In this document: positions 54,566 through 64,000 of the stretch, in pieces | Layout: each line of letters opens with the position of its first letter | Position numbering within the stretch: position 1 is the first letter of the stretch | DNA from: Octopus sinensis | Lineage: Eukaryota | NCBI RefSeq assembly: GCF_006345805.1 | Contig: NC_042997.1 | Span: forward strand, 103,230,001-103,294,000 | Reading direction: 5' to 3' | Length of the DNA: 64,000 nt | The notes under the pieces: model-generated | The model's input: the letters and a program-made list of their open reading frames with translations, nothing else | The model's database searches: none | Told to the model about the DNA's origin: nothing | Position numbers and translations under genes: made by a program

Positions 54566-55825
54566 TTGGGTTGTCCGGAATGTTCGTGCCGATTTATCGT
54601 AGCTTAACTTTCGGCATATTTTAGAACATGGTTGAGTCCATAAATAGGATTTAGAGCACAGTTTAAGCTATCTTTTTGTGGAAGAAGGTTTATGTTCATA
54701 TAACCTGTGTTCATTCTGTGATCTTTTAAAATGGAAGATAAGAAAGTTCATTTTCGGCACTTGATGCTTTTACGTAAAGGGGAAAATGCCTCACAAGCAA
54801 CCAAAGAAATATGCGCAGTTTACGGTGATGCTTCTTTATCTGAAAGAACTGTACGGAAGTGGTTCACAAGGTTCCGAGCTGGAGATTGTAGCCTTATTGA
54901 TAAAGAGCGATCAGGTGGACCGTCCACTACAAATGATGATCAAATCAAGTCATTAACTGAGAATAACCCACATTGCACAACCCGAGAATTGGTAGGAAGC
55001 CTCAACCTATCAAAATCTGTCGTTCATGAGCACCTGGTAAAGCTTGGGTACACAAATCGCTACGATGTTTGGGTACCACATGAGTTGAGTGAGAAGAACC
55101 TTTTGGATCGCATTTCCATCTGTGATTCGCTTTATAAACGGAATGAAAACGCGCCTTTTTTAAAGCAAATTGTGACAGGTGATGAGAAATGGATTATCTA
55201 CCGAAACGTTTAGAGAAAGCGATCCTGGAGTGAGCGACATGAGCCACTCTTAGCCACCTCAAGAGCGGGTCTTCACCCTAAAAAAGTCTTGCTTCTGTGT
55301 CTGGGATTGGAAAGGGATTCTGTACTATGAGTTTCTCCCAAGTAACCAGACAATTAATTCTGAGAAATACTGCATTCAACTGGACGAGTTAAAAGCAGCA
55401 ATTCAAGAGAAACGTCCATAATTGTCCTACAGGAAGGGTGTTATTTTCCAACAGGATAATGCAAGACCGCACGTTTCTTTGGGAACCAGACAAAACTTGC
55501 TGCAGCTGGGCTGGAATGTATTACCTCCACCCTCTATATTCACCAGATATTGCTCCTTCGGATTTCCACTTATTCAGGTCTCTGCAGAATAGTCTTAATG
55601 GTAAAAATTTCAATTTCTTGGATGACGTAAAAAGATATCTTGATGAATTATTTGCCATGAAACCACCTCAATTCTGGAAAGAGGGTATTTTCAAGTTAAC
55701 GGAAAGATGGAGACGCATTGTGCAACAAAATGGTTCATATTTGGTTGATTAAAAATGTAAGGGCAAGTATTTATTGACCTTTTTCTTTCCTTTAAAAATC
55801 AGTACGAACTTTCCGGACAACCCAA
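54566..55825 (+). mobile_element. Full-length mariner (DD34D), 1260 bp; transposase 54731-55752 with stops and frameshifts
   Basis: TA|TTGGGTTGTCCGGAATGTTCGTGCCGATTT...AAATCAGTACGAACTTTCCGGACAACCCAA|TA; WVPHEL, TGDEKW, QDNARPH and YSPDIAPSD motifs. Confidence 0.96.
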
Positions 55826-56684
55826 TATTAAATTATATAATATAGGAATGCATATTGGCCAATAAAATTGTTTTGACTTTAGTTGATCAATACAAATTTT
55901 CGTTAAGGATGAGAAAATTATGGTTTGCAAATGTATGTATTATTTCGTACATGTAATTCCTGATTATATATGTATGTATATGTATATGTACATGTATATG
56001 TATGAGTATAAGGGTGTAAAAAGCTTTATGAAAAACTGTGTGTTATGTGTGATTGTTGAAATATATATGTATAAGTGAGTAAGTATACGTGTAGTTATAT
56101 GAATGCGTATATGTGTATATGTATAAACATACAAGTGTGGTTACTTATATGCATTAATTCGCGCTAATAGATGTACATGTAAGCAGCTTCATGTGAGCGT
56201 ACTGTATACATACATATTTGTATCCGTTGTTTGTGTATATGTGTTTTATGTGTGTATGTGTATGTATATTCAAATATATGTATATATTGTTACTTAGATG
56301 TGCATATCTATGAAAATATACGTGCGCGCGCACGCACACACATGGATATGCACTGCGTTAAAAGTTGAATGTTTTATTAACCAGGGTTAATATATGTTTT
56401 ATCTATTTTTCAGATTAATTTCTTTCAATTTTATAAACAAATTACAAAAGTATTCATTTATTTATTCCCCGCTTCATATGATACTATTATTTACAGTAAC
56501 TCACTATGTAACCTTTGTTTATTTATTTACCAATTATTACCCAGATTATATTCACATTATTCATTACCCACTAAAACAACATATGACCCGACAAACCCAG
56601 GTTTATACCAATATTAGCAACAAAATGATATTCAGTCTGGTGAGATGATTTGAAAACACGACATCTAATAACCTAACGATATAT

Positions 56685-56758
56685 CTGTTGAGATTTTGCC
56701 TCATACATTGATTAAATTATTGTAATTTAATTTTTTAGGCTAGATCGAAACAGCTATA
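56685..56758 (+). ncRNA. Degenerate hammerhead-like motif
   Basis: CTGTTGA (one core change), GAT/ATC stem II with inner GCCT/AGGC, GAAA, ACAGCTAT near-palindrome; stem I not preserved. Confidence 0.4.
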
Positions 56759-56826
56759 AGAGAATATGTTGTATTTTTGCAGATAAATTATATTACTGCT
56801 ACTCCTCCATTTTATTAAGTATTCTT

Positions 56827-56861
<35 letters not shown>

Positions 56862-56999
56862 TGTGTGTGTGTGTGTGCGTGTGTATCAAAATTGTTTGAT
56901 TCAAATTCGTTGGTACTCTTGAGTTTGATGTTGGTAAACGCGTAATAGTTAGCTGGAAAATACTGCATGGCGAAAAGGAAATTGACTGCGTGGAGGACA

Positions 57000-58200
57000 G
57001 GAAATAGACTAGAAATCTATCAGGTTGTTGGGAGGGAAGTAGGAAAGAACGACATGTGTAAGTATATAGTTCTATATGTGTGTGTATGTGTGTCGGGTTA
57101 TACAACTTGGATACCCTCAAGTGACGTACCCACCCACATAAGTCGACCCTTTATAGGGACGGCGGCATGGCTATCTCAAGCCATATGACCGGCCACACCA
57201 TGGACCGGTTCAGGGAGGACTTGATAAAAATATTCAAGGAGTTCGGCCTGTCCGTAATGGTTACCACTAACCTCACTGCTGCAAATTTCTTGGATGTAAC
57301 CTTAGACCTCAGTACGGGAATGTATTAACTAGATAGGAGGCCTAACAGTATATATCAACAAGAGCTCAAAACATCACACGCTGTGATTATTAACCTGGTT
57401 TCAGGTATTAGTAAACGATTATCTAATCTGTCGGCCAATAGGGAGATCTTTAACAGGACCGCCTCTCACTACAACGATACTTTGGCTAGGAGCGGGTTTA
57501 CTAAGAAGCTCACATATGTGGACAACCCCCAAACACGTTCTCCTCACGCCAAAAGGATTAGGAGAAGGAGAATTATATGGTATAAATCCCATTTCGACCT
57601 AGAGGTTTCCACCAACGTAGCTAGGGGCTTCCTGTTGTTAATTAAGAAACACTTCCCAAGAGGCCATAAGTATTGCAAACCCTTCAACCTCCATAATGTC
57701 AAAGTGAGTTACTGCTACTTAGACAACATCGCGTCTAACATCGCACGCATCAACAGACTAAAAATGCACCCACACCACTCTCAACCCCAACCTGCAACTT
57801 CTGAAACCTCACCACGTGCCCTCATATATCTTAAGGGACGTAGTATACAGAGCCACCCTTACAGCATCCAATGACATTACTAGGTACTATACGGGTATGA
57901 CAGCTAATGACTTCCAAAGACGGATGCCCCCAGCACACGCACTCGTTCAGATCTAGGAACAAAGAGAACTCTACTTCCCTGTCACTATTTTCTCTGGAGA
58001 CTCCGCAATCTCCGAGATGAAATACCCAGCATCAAGTGGACTATTATCGGTAGAACGCCACCATATTCACCATTAATAATTTTACCAAGTAGTTCGGTGT
58101 GTTAAAAGAACCATTTGATTAATTATTTTTACCCTTTATTATTATTGATAATATAATTCTCTCCCTATTAGTAAACTGCAGTTTCTGCGGAATTTACTCG
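57000..58200 (+). pseudogene. Third Naiad-like Penelope remnant (RT + GIY-YIG)
   Basis: LYRDGG, NFLDVTLDL, ORF 57383-57874 (ISKRLSNLS...RIIWY...KHFP...KVSYC), VVYRATL...YYTGMT, IKWTII. Confidence 0.85.
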
Positions 58201-58349
58201 TTGGCACACGTGGGAGATTGAGGAGGAATACGAGATCTCATTCGTCTGTTTGAATTCGGAAGTACTGGTCCTTGGATATACGCTATTCGATGGCGCTTGG
58301 TTGAGTACGTATGTTAATTATCAGTGCTCTCAATTTTAAAATTTGAAAT

Positions 58350-58433
58350 ACTGTACTGATGAAGGGAATAAGCAAGTAGAAATATGATTTTACATCTTTT
58401 TACATCTCTTTAACCCCGAAACGCGTATACAGT
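58350..58433 (+). ncRNA. Type I hammerhead ribozyme motif, core intact, downstream of the PLE ORF
   Basis: ACTGTA/TACAGT stem I, CTGATGA, GGG/CCC stem II with about 48-nt loop, GAAA, ACGCGT palindrome, GUA site. Confidence 0.8.
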
Positions 58434-58629
58434 TAATCAAAGCCGGATTCGTTATTTTTTCTCTTTATCTGCGTGAGTTGTAGAGTATTGCTGTCTGGGA
58501 GATATATTATGGTAGTAGAATAGTATTTTAACTGCTATTTTTAAATTTCGGTATTTGGTGAAGCAAATTTTGCTGAACTCTAATTATAATTATGCTCATA
58601 ATTATAGAATTCTTGTATATTATATATAT

Positions 58630-59495
58630 TATATATTAATATTTAGAAGAAGCGACAGAGCGACCCAAGGTCTTTCGACAGCTACCATATCAAGGACCAT
58701 GACTGAATTTGAGAAGCAGGGCAAAACCTCCTGTAGGAGGAATAAGTCCAGCAGAACTTCGAAGCTCACTGAAAGAGATCGACGAGTGTTGGATCGCATT
58801 GTGATAAAAAAACCACCAGACAATTGCCTCTAAAGTGACCACAAAGTTGAATCAACATCTGACTAGACCAGTTTCGACCAAAACTGTTCGCCATGAGCTC
58901 AATAAAACTGGACATTACGTAAGAGCCGCCAAAAGAAACTTTTAATCCTGACTGCCTTCTTCCTACAGTGAAGCACGTAGGAGGGTCTGCGATGGTTTGG
59001 GCAGTCATTTCTTGGAATCCTCTCGGTCTAATCGTTGCCCTGCATGGTAGGATCAACAGCAATGATTATCTGGATATTTTTTGAAATTAAGTCCTTCCTC
59101 TGGTTCATATATTATTCCCTGGTGGTGAGTGCAGCTTCCAAGGTGACAATGCTCCAATACATATCTCTAATGTGATTAAGAATTGGTATGAAGAGCATAG
59201 TAATGAGCTACAGCACATGGGTTGGCCCCCTAAACCTGCAGATTTTAGTATTAGTGAGCATATGTGGTGCATCTTGGAGTGACAAGTTAGAAGTCGTTAC
59301 CCTGCACCATCGTGTCTGCAGTAGCTAGTGCAGGTTTTGAAGGAAGACTGGTTGGCTCCTCCCAAAAAGTGAGGAAGCTGTATGAATCAATTCCTAGACG
59401 CATCGAAGCTGTTCAGAAAGCTAAAAGAAGACCAAATTCATATTAAATAAATATTCATTGAATTTAACATGTTCCACTTATTTTGTCCAATCCTG
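58630..59495 (+). mobile_element. Tc1-family remnant, 5'-truncated and internally deleted
   Basis: KLTERDRR, LLPTVKH.GGS.MVW, FQGDNAP, SIPRRIEAV; right TIR TTATTTTGTCCAATCCTG|TA. Confidence 0.85.
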
Positions 59496-59509
59496 TATGT
59501 ATATATACT

Positions 59510-59823
59510 GGCACTCCGTCTGTTACGACGACGAGGGTTCCAGTTGATCCGATCAACGGAACAACTTGCTCGTGAAATTAACATGCTAGTGGCTGAGCAC
59601 TCCACAGACACACGTATTCTTAACGTAGTTCACTGGGAACGAACTTCAGCGTGACACAGAATATGACAAGGCTGGTCCATTTTGAAATACAGGTACTACT
59701 CATTTTTGCCAGCTGAGTGGACTGGAGCTACGTGAAATAGTGTTTTGCTCAAGGACACAACGCGTCGCCGAGAATTGAACTCACGAACTTACGATTGTGA
59801 GCCGAATGTCCTAACCACTGAGC
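59510..59823 (-). mobile_element. tRNA-derived SINE with a different head and body but the family C tail
   Basis: GCTCAGTGGTTAGG...GAGTTCAATTC head; matches 7300-7483 from GTACCTGTATTTCAAA onward. Confidence 0.85.
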
Positions 59824-60233
59824 ATGTATTTTGGACTAATTTTGGACTATTTTGGACTATTTTGGTATATGTCGAATAGTGTGCTGAAATGTTGAGTAGA
59901 GCACTGACACAGTTTGGGCTACCTGTTGTCATGCGCAGTCGGGGTTTATTTCTGTTGGATCTACATCAGGAATTCCGCAGTGTTAGTTGAGATAATAATA
60001 ATAATTTCTTAAGTAAATCAATCCATCCCTATCAATCCATTCCCTTCCCCTACATTTTTTTCCTTTAGACAATATAGACAATTATTTGTCTATATTTACA
60101 AGTGTTTGTAACTCTTATTGAGGGAAGATAATAGTAACTGAAAATTGTAGCAATGTTTCACTCCCTAACCAGATGGGCATATAACATGACAGCCAAAACT
60201 TAGGATCTTTAGCGAGACATCTTTATGTATAGA

Positions 60234-60339
60234 TGTACCTGACGAGACCCAGACTGTAAAATTGATGCAACACAACATGTTGAAGGGAGTCCTACCCATA
60301 AGGGACAGTAGCAGGATGCGTCGAAACGATCGTTGTACA
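60234..60339 (+). ncRNA. Type I hammerhead ribozyme motif, core fully intact, about 71-nt loop II
   Basis: TGTAC/GTACA stem I, CTGACGA, GAC/GTC stem II, GAAA, ACGATCGT palindrome, GUU site, AATAAA at 60341. Confidence 0.82.
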
Positions 60340-60615
60340 AAATAAAGGTTGATACCAAATCCATCTTCTCGGTACTTAAGAAATTATTATTGTTTAGCTC
60401 GCCTTGGTTAGACGTGTTTTGAGCGCTCCGTAAGTTGGAATTTTTGCTGTGTTGTTGACTGCTTTGTTTAACTGCTGTTGTTTTTCGAACTCCTTTTGGT
60501 GTGCAGAAGGGGTTCTTTTGTTACAAGTTCCCCCTTTTCGGGGCGAATTATGGGCGTTTAATCCTTTTCTAAAAAAAAAGATGTTTCTGTTTTTTCGTTT
60601 CCACGCAAAACAATA

Positions 60616-62875
60616 TGGAGTCTGTCGTGGAGGGGAGTGATTCTTTACAGTACGAACAGCACAAACAACGACACCAGTACTAATACCACCAGCAACACTA
60701 TTAACATGGAAAAGGAAAATAATAGAGAAAACACCGCCAACGCCACCACCTCCATAAACACCAACAAGAACAAGGAAGAAAATGCAAGCACAAACGGGAA
60801 AGACAAATCCAACACACACGGTTTCGCTTCTGCAGCGAAGCAGACAAGAGAAAAGAAAAACATTACATTAGAGGATTTAAAAAATTCAAAGGTGCTATTA
60901 GTGAGACAAGGCAATAATGTTTCACTAAATACCCCACAAGAAATTATGAATACCAACAGAAAAACAATAACGCATAAATGCATAAGCAACAAAGGCATTG
61001 GGACGAGCAACACAACAACAACCGGAACTGATTCTCAAGCCAATTTGGAAAAATAAAACGTGACACGTGGAAAACAGTTCGGTACTCTTCGGCTGTTCGG
61101 GTGAATGGTCTCCTGTCGGAACCATTCGGCATCTTGCGTTCGGTCCGTCAAGTGTGCCCTCTCTCCTCTCTTCTGCATTTACTGACTCTTGAGCTATTAC
61201 CACGGAAGCCGCAGGCTTTGAGGGGTATCCTGCGTGATCTGGGATGGGGGAGAAGTGTGTCTGTTTACGCTGACGATGTCACTGTCATGGTGTTGTGCCA
61301 CAGGTATATAAACCTGATTGGCGACACACTACAAGAATATGAAGCGGTGACAAGAGCAAAAATTAAAGCGGAAAAGTCTGTGTGCTTGCATCTCGGCACT
61401 TGCCGTCCAGCAGCATCATGGGGCGCTGGACAGACGGCCCGGTTAAATTGCTCGGAGTCCGGTTTGGCCCAGACCTCCAGGTGGAGAAAAACTGTGACGA
61501 GGGGATGAGCAGGGTAGCCAATCTCAACCAGAAATGGGCCGAGAGCAAGCTGTCCCTGAAAGGTCGAACCGAGATGGCAAATGCGTACATTGTATCCATC
61601 ATCTATTACCGCTCGATCGTCGTCCCTTGTCCCGTTTGCTGGTTGACCAAGCAGGTGCGCTTACTCTTCTGCTTTCTATGGAAGAAGCGAGTTCCACTCG
61701 TTAGGTGCTTCATCTGCTGTCAACAGCCACTGAATGGAGGGGTAGGCATGCCGTGGTTGCTGATGCGCAGACATACACTCACGCTACGGCATCTCCAGCT
61801 TTTCCTTTGATGGTGAGTAGATGTGATCGCCGTTTGTCAGACTCACTTTTCCGCAGTTCGTCTCTTTGACTCAGCTGCAGTTCAGGATTAGGCGTAGAAC
61901 GAGGAGGGGCGCTTGGCACCACGAGTACCGCCAAGCGCTCACAGCTCTCCGTCAAGTGAGCAATGCGGTTGGTAGTAGTTTCACTCAAGCGTTCTTTAGA
62001 GGGCTAGTGGAGGAGAAGTGCGACGACGTCCTCGGAGAAACTCTAGGCGTCGACTATGATCAACTAACCAGTCTGTTTCGGAGAACTTCCGAGCCTGGTC
62101 CTATGGATAACTTCCAGTGCTACCGAGGGGTGCTGCCTGTTCGAGATAAACTTTATAGGCAGGGAAGTGCCGTCAGTCGGGCCTGCCCGAGGTGCACTCA
62201 GAACGATGAAACCGTTCTGCACGCCCTCGTCCAGTGCCCGAGTATTGCTAACCTGAGGGTTTATGTCGAACACCGGCTGTCATGTGTAGGTCGGATCCGC
62301 CTATCAGCTGAATCAATGGTGAACATTGCCCCGCTGCCCTCGTTTGGCTGGGAGAACAGGCAGTTTTCTATTTGTCTGCTGGCTGTAACGAAAGAAGTTT
62401 GGACTCGTCTGGCAGGGCTAAAGTCAGACACTTTCCTCTTAAGCCAAGCCCTCATCAACTTTTTCAAGTTTCACTCCAAAAGGAAGCTAAGGACGGAGAA
62501 GGAAGATAAGGGTGGAGAGGGAAATTAAGGGTGGAGAAGAAAGTGTTGCCTACTAGTAAGTTTGTTGAAAGGTGAGTGAATGCCTGAAGAATGGCCCCAG
62601 TGTGAAAGGACCAATTCTGAGCGTACACTTGTTTAAAAAAAGGAATTAAAGGAGAAGGGCTGTTGCCCTATTGGTCAGGCACCCGTGACTTCTGTGGGTT
62701 CTTCATGAGGAATTTTAAAGCGCCCCTTCTTTTGGGAGTTTTATAATGTGGAATTTAATTACTTTTATTGTTTGCACACCGTAAAACCCATTGTATCGTC
62801 CCGTTTTTGTCTTTTATATTGTTACATGCCCTTTAATGTTAGTTTATGTAAGCACTTGTGGCTAATAAAAGAATG
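60616..62875 (+). mobile_element. Tx1/L1-clade LINE: ORF1-like start joined to mid-RT, RT C-half, zf-RVT, 3' UTR with AATAAA
   Basis: VNGLLSEPF...VRQVCPLS, VYADDV, KSV...VKLLGV, LSLKGR, LPVRDKL...CPRC...ETVLHALVQC. Assignment of 60616-61056 to the same element is inference. Confidence 0.82.
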
Positions 62876-62919
62876 AACTAATATTATATATCCCTTCTCT
62901 GGATCTTTCCTTCTCCTGT

Positions 62920-62954
62920 GTTTCCGACGAAGAGCTCCGCTCGAAACGTTAAAC
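62920..62954 (+). ncRNA. Minimal hammerhead-like motif with U4C core variant, in probable PLE pseudo-LTR end
   Basis: GTTT/AAAC stem I, CCGACGA, GAGC-TCC-GCTC stem II, GAAA, ACGT palindrome, GUU site. The downstream 62970-63052 segment resembles 18683-18770. Confidence 0.65.
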
Positions 62955-63055
62955 CCTCCTTCTTTCCTTGTTTCCTGAGCGTCCAATAATACTATATTTG
63001 CTCCACGTCCTCGCGGTGTGTTTTTTTTGTGCTTTCTTGTTTGGATTAACTATAT

Positions 63056-63146
<91 letters not shown>

Positions 63147-63435
63147 GAGAGAGAGAGAGAGAGAAAGAAAGAAAGAGAGAGAGTTAAATACATATGTACA
63201 TATCTATCTATCTATATAAATATGTACATACATATAAGAGGGATGGCCTGTAAGTGGACAGCTAGAAGATCCGCTATGGTCTTACTACTAGGAAAGGAAT
63301 GTTCTCAAGAAAATTTAGCAAGCGCCAGAACGTAAGCGAGCAAAACAAATGAAAAGATCACCCTTATTAAATTAATATTCAATTTTTCACCCTTATTATT
63401 TTATATAAATATGTATGTAGGCGTGTCCGCGTACG

Positions 63436-63594
63436 ACGCAGGTGTGGCTATGTGGTAAGAATGTTGCTTCTCAGCCATATGGTTCTGGGTTAGTCATACT
63501 GCGTTGCTCCTTCGACAAATGTCTACTATTATAGCCTCTTGCCGACCAAAGCTCTGTGACTGGATTTGGTAAGCGAAAACTGAGAGAAGCCTGT

Positions 63595-63632
<38 letters not shown>

Positions 63633-63637
63633 ATATA

Positions 63638-63683
<46 letters not shown>

Positions 63684-63840
63684 CACGTGTGTGTGTGTTT
63701 CTGTGTGTGTCTTTGTGTCTATAGTTGTCCCCCAACCCCGCTTGACAACCAGTGTTGGAGTGTTTACGTTCCTGTAACTTAGCGGTTTGGAAAAGTGTCC
63801 GATGAAATAAGTACGAGGCTTTCAAAAAAATAAGTCCGGG
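63436..63840 (+). mobile_element. SINE family A with internal (TA)/(TACA)/(GT)n and 3' module
   Basis: Head, about 120-bp microsatellite, then GTTTACGTTCCTGTAACTTAGCGGTT...GAAATAAGTAC. Confidence 0.8.
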
Positions 63841-63938
63841 GACACTAAGTTCCGGGGACGTAAACAGACCAACACCAGGTGTGAAGTGATGGGGGCGGGG
63901 ACAGTGTCACAAAGACACGCACACGCATGTGTATATAT

Positions 63939-64000
63939 TTAGCATGCCGGGCGAAATGCGTAGCCGTATTTCGTCTGTCGTTACGTTCTGAGTTCAAATT
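63939..64000 (+). mobile_element. SINE family B (runs off the window end)
   Basis: TTAGCATGCCGGGCGAAATGCGTAGCCGTATTTCGTCTG. Confidence 0.88.

Noticed and set aside
57793-57822. In-frame TGA in the Naiad-like Cys linker as possible selenocysteine (some Naiads encode selenoproteins)
   Set aside because: The TGA at 57802 follows the CxC positions and fits CGA>TGA decay. Cys codons in the other two PLE copies are TGT/TGC, and no SECIS was recognised.

Overview
AT-rich eukaryotic DNA made almost entirely of transposon remnants and microsatellites, with one 100-N gap (13300-13399). No host protein-coding gene could be supported. From recall, not a database search, the SINE families and giant (TA)n tracts suggest an octopus or other coleoid genome. 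Non-LTR retroelements: R4/Dong (RLE), two CR1-group LINE families, RTE, Tx1/L1 and three Naiad-like Penelope (PLE) remnants. DNA transposons: two Tc1, three mariners, a mariner MITE and non-autonomous Helitrons. There are about 15 tRNA-derived SINE copies. The best leads are: (1) eight hammerhead-ribozyme-like folds of unrelated sequence, two with intact catalytic cores and unusually long loop II; (2) a CR1-group LINE whose ORF1 joins a Myb/SANT-like domain to a CCCH zinc finger, fused head-to-tail to a diverged second copy; (3) three LINE clades that keep both ends but have lost central coding DNA; (4) module-swapping SINEs, fold-back palindromes and an inverted 1.5-kb LINE pair. Boundaries of decayed elements are approximate, and some frameshifts may be long-read assembly errors.
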